This document shows, one piece after another, positions 12,569-24,333 of a stretch of DNA of 64,000 bases. Under the pieces are notes generated by a model. The model had not been told where the DNA came from. It saw only the letters and a program-made list of their open reading frames with translations, and did not search any database. The position numbers were made by a program, and so were the translations under genes. This stretch comes from Nemertoderma westbladi (taxonomy: Eukaryota; Animalia; Xenacoelomorpha): the NCBI GenBank assembly GCA_032718475.1, contig JAUCBJ010007030.1, positions 62,001 to 126,000 of the forward strand. The letters are read 5' to 3'. The first letter of the stretch is position 1. Every line of letters starts with the position of its first letter.

Positions 12569-13746
12569 TGTTCGCGCTTTTAGACCTTTAGCAGTTTAAC
12601 CTGCCAAATTTAGGTGTCTTTTAGGTTATAAATCGACTTTAGCCTATGACAAGTATTTGATACACTACATTAGCCGAAGCCAGCCTATGCGCGACCATTC
12701 ACCCGCTGGATATACCCGGGAGACTGGATTCGGAAGCTCTGACCTTATTGCGGTGTAGGCCTACTGTATTATTCGATTGATCGTTAATATATAATCTCTG
12801 ACAAATATTATTCACTTTCGGGAAATATTAACAGTTCCTTTAGGACGTGGCACTCTAAGTATGTAAACAGAGTTATGACTTACACTAAACACAACGGGAT
12901 GGCTATTGATTCACGTATAAAGCGCATTCTTTAGGAGATGCTTTGTTATCTATCACACTCATGCACACTACCGCACAATGCTGCACACCGATCTGCCGAC
13001 CTTCACTAATTTTAGTCACATATAAAGAGAACAGCAACTGACACCTGTAGGGCCTATGAAATAGCATTAAATTCACTCCAAAACCACTTTAATGTAAGTC
13101 GCAATTGCTATATGTAACCGGTCTCTCACCTTCAGTATATCAAGAAGATTGGGGTTTTATGGTTATTTATCGATATTTTCCAAATATAACAATATTCCAT
13201 CAACTGATACAATTAATAACTGACAGTAAATAGCAGTAAAATAATGTGGTGAAAGGTACGGCGAGTCTGGTATGCCAGGTATGGCAGACTGAGTTGAGTT
13301 GATAACAGTTATACGTTTCTATAATCAAAGCCTTTCTAATGTTTGGCTAAAGTCTGAAACACAGAATAATTCCACAGCCGATGTTCTAGGCTTAGGAAAA
13401 AAGGTAAACATAAACCATAATGCATTGCGCGATTTCCTGGAGGTTTCTGTACAAATAAAATGAAAATCACTCTGATTGGTCGACCGAACAAAGAACAGAG
13501 AAAAAGTTACACGTGTACATATCAGCTGATAGATGTCGTCATCTTGAACTACACTGTATCAAGAGTATTTGGCGTATTGCGACATAAAATTGCTAGTTAT
13601 GTCCGCTAAAGTACACATACAGAAGAAATGGCTTTTTATGTCCACTAAAACACCTACAGTAAGGAAATGGCTTTTTATGTCCGCTAAAATACCTACAGAG
13701 TACTTTGCGGGGAAAATGACTAGCTAATTCCGCAAAAGCCTTTACA
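12569..13746 (-). repeat. 3' LTR (1178 bp)
   Basis: ~99% identical to 21535-22711 (about 12 substitutions + 1 indel counted by eye). Confidence 0.97.
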
Positions 13747-13820
13747 CCGCTCCCAATGGGATTTAATTCTATAAAATATAAAAAATCACAGTTTCTAAAA
13801 TATAAAAATACTCTAAACAG

Positions 13821-14519
13821 TTAGTCTTTCTTGCGAGGACGGCGTTTACACAGTTTTTTGAGGCTAGCAAGAGTCCTTTTCTCTTTGGGGCGAGCCACTT
13901 TACTAGGAGGGCTATAACTCCTGGGTGAAGGGTGTAATACAATTGCATCAGAAGGTTTAGGATTACGGTCGGTGTATCCGCCGGTCGAGGTACCTGGTTG
14001 ATCGATATCAACTTCAGTGGAGCGAGGTCTAACAGCCTTTAGAGCGCGTCTTAGGACAGCAGCTCCTACGGGTCCCTGACGAGTCGTCTGAACGATAGCG
14101 GTAGGTGGACCGTGAGTGGTGAGAAACTTCCTCGGTTTAATGGTTCTTTCCAGCTCGCGTTCTCGGGCTCGATATTCGTAGGGCCATCGATGTACTTCCT
14201 GTAAATCAGGATGCGAGTTGATGAACAAATCGCCATACTCCGGGTCTTGACGGATGAAATTGATCAAATGGTATGAATTAATATCGTTAGGATTGATGTT
14301 CCTGAGATATTTTCGAACAAATTTGGTGGAAATACACTCACCAACACGCTTCATTAGTTCGTAACTCGGTGTGCGTGTTTTTTGTTCAACAGACGCGAAT
14401 AGATAAGGATGGAACGCGTAAACTCCTTCGTAGGCGCGTCCAGGGTAATAGCGATGGCGTGACTCACAATGTAAATCCGCATTCGCTTCCCAAGCTCGGA
14501 TGTAGCGCAGGGTAATCAT
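13821..14519 (-). CDS. Orphan ORF within LTR element (232 aa, basic NLS-like C-terminus)
   Basis: ATG ORF ending KKLCKRRPRKKD, 75 nt before the 3' LTR. Confidence 0.6.
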   Translation of the reverse strand: MITLRYIRAWEANADLHCESRHRYYPGRAYEGVYAFHPYLFASVEQKTRTPSYELMKRVGECISTKFVRKYLRNINPNDINSYHLINFIRQDPEYGDLFINSHPDLQEVHRWPYEYRARERELERTIKPRKFLTTHGPPTAIVQTTRQGPVGAAVLRRALKAVRPRSTEVDIDQPGTSTGGYTDRNPKPSDAIVLHPSPRSYSPPSKVARPKEKRTLASLKKLCKRRPRKKD

Positions 14520-14594
14520 CTCATCTACGCTTTCCAGATCGCGGTTAAAAGGTCAATTAAAACTGGCATGTCCTTTAAGTTGACAATGATGGCA

Positions 14595-14819
14595 TTAAGT
14601 CATAAATTGGGGGCAGACTGCGAAAATGTGCGAGTTATTGAGTCTGCAATACGCACAATAGATCTCCATCATCGGTTGTTCATGGAAATAGGAGCAGGGT
14701 ACGTCTGAGTCCATAGGGGTGAAATGATCTCTCGATGCGCATAATCGGCAACGTTTTCGAGAAACATAGTTGGCGTGCCGTAATCGTATGCGGTGAGACA
14801 TTGTGGACCTTGATACCAT
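14595..14819 (-). CDS. Small Cys/His-rich ORF with zinc-knuckle-like motifs
   Basis: CRLCASRDH...C and CAYCRLNNSHIFAVC; overlaps the end of the 308-aa ORF in another frame. Confidence 0.45.
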   Translation of the reverse strand: MVSRSTMSHRIRLRHANYVSRKRCRLCASRDHFTPMDSDVPCSYFHEQPMMEIYCAYCRLNNSHIFAVCPQFMT

Positions 14820-15595
14820 ACCAAGACGTAGTCGTTATCGCTGCTCCGGGGCGCTGTAGGCTGAATCTCCTCAGATTCTAAGCATATCGGTTCGTCTTCC
14901 AATTGCATAGTTGAGGTAGGTGCGGCTGTCTCCTCAAGCGAACCCACTGTCTGAACTTCCACGATAGAATAACCCGTGGGTATTCGAGGTCTTTGTATAG
15001 CAGATGAATGTAAGTTCTGTATACAAACGTCCTTGAAAATGGCAAATCCCGCGCTGTCTAACTTCTCAGCAGCTGAGTCTCTTAGGCTGAGCTTGGTCAG
15101 AGCGCGGTCCTTGAACTGACTATCAACGTTACGGAACGGAGTCAGAAAGCGCCTGAAACATTCGAAGCGGATGAATTTATTGTGTTCATCTAGCTTGGCG
15201 AGTTTGGTTCCAAGTATTAAGGGATGGGCGCGTATAGTACGACTGCACACATCGGCCAGCCAACCGGCAAGTGCTGCGTTTTCAAAGATCGTGTATATAG
15301 CTAAGGAGGGACGAAGTGGAACACTCATAAAGCTATACACGGCGCCAGGTGCGGTCAATGGTCCGTCAAAGTATAATCGAGAATAATGATCTCCATATAC
15401 TTGTGGGTAGTTGATAGGATTTCCAACCTTGAAATTCCATCCGTATTCTTGAAAGGCAAGATGTCCGATGGAGGTTCGTTGTACTTTAGTAATGCCGCTG
15501 GGTGTATTGGCATTCATAGTACGGAAGAAACCTCGGCGTTCTGCCCAGGGAGCAATCAGCTGAGTATCGACGAAAGGGTATGGAATGTTCTCCAT
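14669..15595 (-). CDS. Orphan ORF within LTR element (308 aa)
   Basis: Long ATG-initiated ORF with globular-protein composition; no RT/RNase H/integrase/protease motif recognised. Confidence 0.6.
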   Translation of the reverse strand: MENIPYPFVDTQLIAPWAERRGFFRTMNANTPSGITKVQRTSIGHLAFQEYGWNFKVGNPINYPQVYGDHYSRLYFDGPLTAPGAVYSFMSVPLRPSLAIYTIFENAALAGWLADVCSRTIRAHPLILGTKLAKLDEHNKFIRFECFRRFLTPFRNVDSQFKDRALTKLSLRDSAAEKLDSAGFAIFKDVCIQNLHSSAIQRPRIPTGYSIVEVQTVGSLEETAAPTSTMQLEDEPICLESEEIQPTAPRSSDNDYVLVWYQGPQCLTAYDYGTPTMFLENVADYAHREIISPLWTQTYPAPISMNNR

Positions 15596-16385
15596 GTTCC
15601 TGTCGTATGCCTAATATGTTTTCCGCCATTGATGGTAGAGAGCAGAGGAAAACTTATGTCGCATTCTGAAATATTCAGAAATACGATCTCAGTAGGAGGA
15701 TTGTATCATTCGATGACTATCTCCAAATGAATTTATCCCCAATTATTAAAGGAGGTGAACAACCAGATTTATGACACATAATGGTACCAGTTGTTCACAG
15801 ACTATCCACGTGTCCTTTCAGTCCTTGAATCACGGTTGTGGACTTAAGGAAATTATTGGTGGTTGATTATCTAATCAACGACAAGAGGGATGGAAGTTGA
15901 TATTATAAATACCAACACAATGGTACATGGACAGGAGGTGCAGACACTAATATAAGCATCCAGATCAATAGTAAGGGAAGGGGAGGTTTATTAGGAGGCG
16001 GTACGATTCATACAACGATAACACTAGGATTGGTCGATCGTCTCCCAAAGCTCCGAGCACGTTGGGAAGAGAAGGTGGGATGAAGTGCGTTGTATCTTTA
16101 ATAGCGATGTATAGAGGGATAATAGTAGTAAGGAGGAGGAAGGATATATGGTAGTATCTATAAGATACCACGATGGACATGTTTTCCATTATGTCATCAT
16201 TCATTCTTGCTCTTTAATTGCGACACTGATCACAATAATTACAGGAAGACGATGAAATAAGAGAAAATTACAGCCTCCCGAAGGAAACCGCCCGCGAGCA
16301 CCCGTGCCCCGGGGAAAACTATTCACATTATGGACCCTGGACACTAACGTATGTCTTTTCTCCAGTGGTTCTCATCTACTTGTCT

Positions 16386-16751
16386 TTACCAGCCTTCTTC
16401 CACATTCCATCTTTCGAGTCGGTTTCGAATAGAATTCTCGTGTTCTATTCTCGGTTTATCGTTCCGACTCCGCTGGGTATGATATTTAAATAAAACCATT
16501 TCCCTTTCGGTGTCTACATCGTCCGTATCGTGTAAATCGATAGGATGGCCAGTAGTTAAGAAGTCCATATACGTACCATTACGATGCGTATAGCGAGCGG
16601 TGAATTTTCTATAGTCCAATTCACGCGTAAGTTGCTCCTGGGACATTGGCGGTTCGATATAACGACCATCGTCCTCCGTAGTGGTTGGACCAGCGTCGCC
16701 GCGTATCAAGCTATCAACAAACGCTTGTAAAGGTAGAGTAGGGTTTCTCAC
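16386..16751 (-). CDS. Orphan ORF within LTR element (121 aa)
   Basis: Open frame directly after gag; no recognisable domain. Confidence 0.4.
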   Translation of the reverse strand: MRNPTLPLQAFVDSLIRGDAGPTTTEDDGRYIEPPMSQEQLTRELDYRKFTARYTHRNGTYMDFLTTGHPIDLHDTDDVDTEREMVLFKYHTQRSRNDKPRIEHENSIRNRLERWNVEEGW

Positions 16752-19634
16752 TTACCTTATTTTCCGGTGTCTTCTCTCTGGACTGCTTTAGGAGCTGTAA
16801 TTTTACCTCTCCATCTAAGAATGACATGAGATCAGCCATGGTAGGGTCTCTTCGTTGTTGTTCCATCATATATAACACTTTCTTGTCCCAGCGTGTACCT
16901 ACTCCACCCTTTGGCAAAGTTGATGCTAAGGCTCCTACAACCATAGAATTCTGGTATTCATGAGACTTACCTAACCAATCTAGTTGTCTACAGATCTCCT
17001 GAATCTCGTCAGAAAACTCTATAATCCCGCTGCTAAGAAACTTTCGGGGCGCCATTAATTTCTCATACAAATACCTAGCTATGTTATTCCTATTACCATA
17101 CCTGATGTTTAGTGTATCCCAAACTTGTCTTAATCCATCTGGATGTCCAATAAACTTTAACACCATTAACTTGGGAGATCCTTCCAAGCACTCGATGAGG
17201 AATCTAAGTTTCTCTCCGTTAGATAGCACAGAGTTCTGTATGTTATCTTTGTAATATTCATTAAAAGGTAACCATTTCATCTCATCTCCATTGAACTTGA
17301 CGATCTCTCCAACCTTTACCGCTTGATGGGCTTCGGTTCTAGCCATTTGATGCGTAAAACTTTCTTGGGCCATCGTATTATTTAATATCGAGTTATCGGT
17401 ATATAAATTTCTCGGATTATTATCAGGTCTATATGGAATATCATTGTCAACAGGTTTATAATTACCCTTAATAGGGTTTACTATAGGAGTTTCTACTTCA
17501 CTAGCAGTATAGATGCGTGTAGGCTCCACACCTTGCGCATGAAATACTTCAGACCTAACAGGTTGACACATTGTTACCGGGGTTGGTGGTATACCCTTTT
17601 GTATATTTACTAATTTATCGCGTTCTAACGCGATACTCTGCTGCACTTCTTGCAACTCTAACCTACCCTCTCTGACTGTTCTCATTAACTGCTGAACAGT
17701 TCCTTCCATCTCCCGGACCTGCTGAGATGAGCACAAACGGTGTTCCCTCAGCTGCCCGAGCAGGAGATCCATCTCCCGTCGTCCCTCATCCACCCACTCG
17801 ACCGCCGAAGCGGGAGCCGCCAACGTAGTAGCGGGCGGACGAGGGACAACGGGCACCAAATCATTAATATTTCGCTCGGAGTCCAGGACAGGAACTGTCT
17901 CAGGGGTTGTTCTGCTAGACACAGGTAGTTTAGTGCTGTGCAAAGGGAACTTAGAGGTAGGTTCTGGGAGTGCAGGTGTCTCTATCACCAAAGGGGTGGC
18001 TTCGAGAACAGGCCTAATTATTTCAGGCTCATCTACTATAGTAGGGAGTCTTTCTATTTTAATAATTTGGTCTGTGATAATAATTAGGTTCTGTACTACC
18101 TAAGTCGGTGCTAGCTAGTTGCCTTCTCACGGCGGGGGGCAAATCAGGCAATTTCTGACGGTGAGGCATTCTTCTACGCCTACTTAGACGAGATCTATTT
18201 CCTCCGCCTTCAAGATCGGTGGTATCGCCTTCATCCGATGATGTAAAGCCCTGTCTTTTGGGAGTAGATTGACTCATCATCTGCATTTGACTAGCTGTTA
18301 ACTGTTTATTTATGCAGTCTTGATTCTCTTGAATATTTTCCAACTCTAGTTGGGTAGTCTCTTCAGACGCTCTCCGTTCTGCTTCTGCCACTTTTCTTTC
18401 CGCTTCTGCCGCTGCCACTGCCGCTTTTCTTTCCGCCTCTGCTGCTACCACCGCCGCTTTCTTTCTGTCTTCTATACGTTTTTTCTTTACTTGTTCTTCT
18501 TGGAATCTAGCGATGTGGAGGCGTTCATCAAATTTAGCTTGGTTCGCAGCTAACATTTCCGCATCTATTGAGTCCAACACAAGCTTGGCTCCTTCACTAT
18601 TAGGGCAAAGTCCAGCCAGCCGTCTCCTCAACTCTTCATCACCTAGAAATCTTTGATAGTCTGACAGATAGATGTCAATAGCGTCCCTCGTCTGCGGTTT
18701 CTCTGCCGTCGCTTCGCTTTCCACTTGAGAAAAGGTAGCGTCTGTTGATTCTCGATGGGTTGAGCGCTCAGCCAGCTGAGATTTCCACTGGGCTGTTCCT
18801 TGAACCTTGAGACCCACCCGCTGGAACCAAGTCTTTACGGCAACTTGCAACGACGTGTCTTGTCTTCTTTTCGAAGCTTCCTCAAAGGCCGATAGGATTA
18901 GTCTGATTCTTAGAATTCTTTCTCTAACTTGATAAAGCAGCTCTCCCTGCTCTTGAGGTCCTTGGGGTTGTCGAAACAGTTGTTCCTCTAATCACTCCAA
19001 AGAGCTGAAGAATCCCTGTACATATCCTGCTGCCAACCTCTTCCACACAGCTGGATCACTAGTGTCTTCTGTCACTCCCATCCTGTGTATGTCTTCCCAA
19101 GCAGCTTCCGATAAGTCAAACGGGAGTCCGGGTCCGGGGAAGTTCCATTGCGACTCGACAATAGACTTCAGTTCCTCTCTTGTGTATCCCGCATAACTAT
19201 CCTTGGTCGATCGCTTACTTCTCGCCCAATCAATTTGGTGTTCCTCCACCGCAATCAATACCCTAGTGAGCTGCAGGAAGGATGAGAAGGGGATCCGAAT
19301 AAACCGCATCTGCCATCTTTGCTCCGCGCTCGGGTGTCAGCTCTACCGTATCCGAACTACTGGAGCTGTCGGGCCGCTGAGAAATAAGTTCTCGGCTCGG
19401 GTGTTGCTGCTGTTTAACAGCTGCTTTTTGGTCACGCTTGACTTGGGCCCGAGTGCCTATGATAGACCTACGGTGTTGGACTAGCCTAGGGTCTGATACT
19501 ACTACTGGAGGGATGATCTTTCTTACAGTAGGAGGTGAGTTGAACTTTGGTCTCACACATTCCACACTCCTGTCTGGGTCACAGATGGTTGTATCTAGGA
19601 GACTGTCTGACAGGTTTTGCTTTGTGTCAGACAT
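16714..19634 (-). pseudogene. Disrupted BEL/Pao-type gag
   Basis: ORFs 19634-19263, 19309-18059 (one in-frame TGA at 18992-18994) and ~18060-16714 join through two frameshifts; coiled-coil region, then KFNGDEMKWLPF...EKLRFL..CLEG.P...WDTLNIRYGN, resembling the Pao gag/DUF1759 core. Confidence 0.75.
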
Positions 19635-19759
19635 GTTTGTTTGTACAGTTGAATGCCTACTGCTATATTACAGTTAAAGCAAGTCTAGTAATTCAGGATC
19701 AACTGTTAGCCTAGTAATTAATTACCGATATCGTTACTCTATGTAACGTGATATATATA

Positions 19760-20030
19760 CAATATATTAGAATACCGGTATACACTTATAGTATATATAT
19801 AAGTATTATTACAGACTAGGTTTGTCACAGAATACCGGTATATAATTTCAGCGCAAATATATATAAATATATAATAAGCCTATCGTGAATACTGGTATAC
19901 AACTTACACTTATAGTATATAAGTATAATTATGGACTAGAATTAATTACAGAATACCGGTATATAATTTCAGCACAAATATATAGAAATATATAATAAGC
20001 CTATCGTGAATACCGGTATACAATTAGTTT
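19760..20030. repeat. Tandem duplication in the LTR element leader (AATACCGGTATA motifs)
   Basis: Two ~120-bp blocks each with repeated GAATACCGGTATA. Confidence 0.75.
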
Positions 20031-21534
20031 AGAATAATTGAATTTCTGAATTTTAGAGTTACTTGGTTACTTTACTTTACTTTATTACCGTTATTTAAGC
20101 AGTAGTCCAACTGACATTCAGACCTAATTGTTGTAAGACAGGCCTACTATTTTATAAATCGGTTTGAGTTGATTTATAATATATATACCCGTTTAATGGG
20201 TTTTTGTCAATATTTGAAATAAATGTTATTTTTTCTGGGAAAGAGTCACTACACAGAAGCTGTACGCTCTCAGTGAAGTGCTACTTGTTGGACACTAAAA
20301 CAAATAATTCTAATTTGCCTAAGTTACTTAATACGACAAATTACGTACAATACGGGGTGAGATTACAATCTCTAAATAAACACAAAAATTATACGTACGA
20401 ATTTTTAGGGTAATTTTACAAGAAGTCTACAAACCAGCCTAACAAGGGGTTAGAATTTCTGGTTATTACAAACGGACAGGATACTACGGTATTTGAAAGT
20501 AATAAAGCATTAGTAAATATACTGCGTTGTCCAGATAGGAAAAATACCACCGTCTGACGACTTATAGCCGTAGCGCTATAAGTACTACGTTATGTATCAC
20601 GGAGTGTTCCTACCTAGAATTTAATTACCGCGGCCTACAAGAGCCAACGTGCCTATTAACCACTTTACAACACAAATATACTGCCTACACACTAATTACC
20701 TTCGGAAAGCACTGTATACTAAACCCTAAATTAGGTACAAGTACTTATACAACAAATAACCAGCAGTTAAAAATACTTGAACAGCTAAAAGAACCACGGT
20801 ATCTGCCGGAGTGACCAAAGCATAAAATCTCCAGTCTTTACCTACGCCAAACAGCCCTGATGTAGTACCGGGGTTAATTTAACTATAACGGTATATATAA
20901 CAAGCACAATTACTGTAGGAATAAACTTGGGGGTATGAATGTTGCGAATAATCGCATAAACTCTGAATAATAAATATTACGCTACCCTTACAGACTACAC
21001 AAACAAAATACAGACCAAACGCTGGCAGACTACTATCAAGCCTAAATAAACTACAGTATATGCAGACTCCGAAATGGTTAGTTAGTATGCATTCTAACCG
21101 AGTAGTACGACTTATTCTTTCGGGGGGATTTACCTTACAGCACTGGATGCCCACCACATTCCTAACTAGTACTTTATCGGACATATACTCTACACACACT
21201 GCAATCTCTTCAGACTTAACAACAGTCAGACAACAGTCCAGCCTACAAATTACCTGTACAATCTGAGCGGGCTTACACGTCTTCTGCTCAATATTAACTT
21301 ACAATTAAATAGAACTGACAGAAATAAATAAGCTCCAAAAGAAACAAGGGGTGTACAGTCCCTAATCTCTTAAACAGCCTACCGGTATACAATATCACAA
21401 TCGAAATAATACTAATACCTGTACTGCTGTAAGTACCGGTTCGGGTGGTTAGGCAGTCAGGCCTACTGGTTACCGGTCGACCGGTACTTTAATCTTTATT
21501 GCCTACGTCGCAATAAAGATCCTATAACTGTTAT

Positions 21535-22711
21535 TGTTCGCGCTTTTAGACCTTTAGCAGTTTAACCTGCCAAATTTAGGTGTCTTTTAGGTTATAAATC
21601 GACTTTAGCCTATGACAAGTATTTGATACACTACATTAGCCAAAGCCAGCCTATGCGCGACCATTCACCCGCTGGATATACCCGGGAGACTGGATTCGGA
21701 AGCTCTGACCTTATTGCGGTGTAGGCCTACTGTATTATTCGATTGATCGTTAATATATAATCTCTGACAAATATTATTCACTTTCGGGAAATATTAACAG
21801 TTCCTTTAGGACGTGGCGCTCTAAGTATGTAAACAGAGTTATGACTTACACTAAACACAACGGGATGGCTATTGATTCACGTATAAAGCGCATTCTTTAG
21901 GAGATGCTTTGTTATCTATCACACTCATGCACACTACCGCACAATGCTGCACACCGATCTGCCGACCTTCACTAATTTTAGTCACATATAAAGAGAACAG
22001 TAACTGACACCTGTAGGGCCTATGAAATAGCATTAAATTCACTCCAAAACCACTTTAATGTAAGTCGCAATTGCTATATGTAACCGGTCTCTCACCTTCA
22101 GTATATCAAGAAGATTGGGGTTTTATGGTTATTTATTGATATTCTCCAAATATAACAATATTCCATCAACTGATACAATTAATAACTGACAGTAAATAGC
22201 AGTAAAATAATGCGGTGAAAGGTACGGCGAGTCTGGTATGCCAGGTAGGGCAGACTGAGTTGAGTTGATAACAGTTATACGTTTCTATAATCAAAGCCTT
22301 TCTAATGTTTGGCTAAAGTCTGAAACACAGAATAATTCCACAGCCGATGTTCTAGGCTTAGGAAAAAAGGTAAACATAAACCATAATGCATTGCGCGATT
22401 TCCCGGAGGTTTCTGTACAAATAAAATGAAAATCGCTCTGATTGGTCGACCGAACAAAGAACAGAGAAAAAGTTACACGTGTACATATCAGCTGATAGAT
22501 GTCGTCATCTTGAACTACACTGTATCACGAGTATTTGGCGTATTGCGACATAAAATTGCTAGTTATGTCCGCTAAAGTACACATACAGAAGAAATGGCTT
22601 TTTATGTCCACTAAAACACCTACAGTAAGGAAACGGCTTTTTATGTCCGCTAAAACACCTACAGAGTACTTTGCGGGGAAATGACTAGCTAATTCCGCAA
22701 AAGCCTTTACA
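21535..22711 (-). repeat. 5' LTR (1177 bp)
   Basis: Direct repeat of 12569-13746; short tandem repeats near the U3 end. Confidence 0.97.
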
Positions 22712-22989
22712 CCCATCACAGCTTCGACTAAAATGTGATGTATTATACCGGTGCCAAAAATTTAATTTAATGATATAGTATTCGGTCATATAATTTACCA
22801 AGAAGTTGGAAGAATACTGCAATAATTAATTATAACCTTTGTGAGATCAACTTTGAATGACCTACTTAAAAATATACATACAGTTCATCAGAATAGTCAA
22901 GATCGGTAGTAGTATTTGACATATCAACTCTAAGGTTTTACCCAGGAAATCATATCCATCCACCCTTCTTTGTTCGTCAAATACCTTCT

Positions 22990-23804
22990 TATCTGCACTT
23001 ACATATAGTTTATATTATATACTTACATATATAGTGAATCTACACTTACATAATATTCATCAACACTTACATATAGTTTATCAACACTTATATATAGTTT
23101 ATCAATACTTACATATAGTTTATCAACACTTTCACATAGTTTATCAATACTTACATATAGTTTATCTACACTTACATATAGTTAGTTTATCAACACTTAC
23201 ATATAGTTTATCAACACTTACATATAGTTTATCAATACTTACATATAGTTTATCAACACTTACATATAGTTTATCAACACTTACATATAGTTTATCTACA
23301 CTTACATATAGTTAGTTTATCAACACTTACATATAGTTTATCAACACTTATATATAATTTATCAATACTTACATATAGTTTATCAACACTTACATATAGT
23401 TTATCAATACTTACATATAGTTTATCAATACTTACATATAGTTTATCAACACTTACATATAGTTTATCAAGACTTACATATAGTTTATCAACACTTACAT
23501 ATAGTTTATCAACACTTACATATAGTATATCAATACTTTCATATAGTTTATCAACACATACATATAGTTTATCAACACTTACATATAGTTTATCTACACT
23601 TACATATAGTTTATATACACTTACATATAGTTTATCAAGACTTACATATAGTTTATCAACACTTACATATAGTTTATCAACACTTACATATAGTATATCA
23701 ATACTTTCATATAGTTTATCAACACATACATATAGTTTATCAACACTTACATATAGTTTATCTACACTTACATATAGTTTATCTACACTTACATATAGTT
23801 TATC
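22990..23804. repeat. 21-bp minisatellite (~38 units) derived from the CUB2 exon/intron junction
   Basis: Minus-strand unit GATAAACTATAT|GTAAGTGTT; the first unit is the real exon end and donor. Confidence 0.97.
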
Positions 23805-23962
23805 AAAGTATTCAGTGTGAAACGCTAGGAAATCTACTCGAACCCGGTTTCCTGCTGGAATTGTGATGTGGTACCAGCATACTTCGTTATTATTATAGTC
23901 ATTTGGAAAGTTTATGGATGTAATATAACCATATGTTGAGGTGAGATCTTGACCACCACACA
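23793..23962 (-). CDS. CUB2 N-terminal half exon (CGGQDLTSTYGYITSINFPNDY...FLAFHTEYFDKLY)
   Basis: ttgcag acceptor, gtaagt donor, classic CUB motifs. Confidence 0.93.
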
Positions 23963-24333
23963 CTGCAAGGAAAGTCAATAATTCGAATAATTTTATTTAG
24001 ATGTTGTCCGGTCTAAATGGGTGTAAGTGTAGGTAAAAATACCAAGAAATAGTAGTCAATACATAATTTAGTCTGTAAGTTGGTAGTAACATATATTCAG
24101 CAAACAGGTGTATGAAAGTGATAGACTGTTATTTGCATCAAAGTATGGTTTTTATCACTTGAGTCTTACACACCACTAATTACAAAAACGTAGAATCAGG
24201 ACATCAAGCCCACTATAATAGTACTAGGCCACTAGGGCCTCCACAACAGAAAAACCAAAAACAAACAAACAACACATAATTAGGACATTAATTAGGCTCA
24301 AAATAGTAATATTATGGTTTTGTTCAGAAATGG

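Larger units (their letters stand above)
12569..22711 (-). mobile_element. Full-length non-autonomous BEL/Pao-like LTR retroelement (gag + orphan ORFs, no pol)
   Basis: TG...CA LTRs at 12569-13746 and 21535-22711; 5-bp TSD CCCAT at 12564-12568 and 22712-22716; PPT-like GGGAGCGG before the 3' LTR; all long ORFs on the minus strand. Confidence 0.93.

Noticed and set aside
15780-16204. Hydrophobic short ORFs as an env remnant
   Set aside because: Too short and interrupted; no signal peptide, furin site or fusion-protein pattern recognised
20553-20585. CTGACGA followed by a hairpin in the LTR element leader
   Set aside because: No GAAA after the stem and no stems I/III, so not a hammerhead
23292-23978. 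228-aa ORF as a standalone CUB + VSVDKLY-repeat protein
   Set aside because: It starts in intron sequence at a non-ATG codon; it is one CUB exon read through into the junction-derived minisatellite
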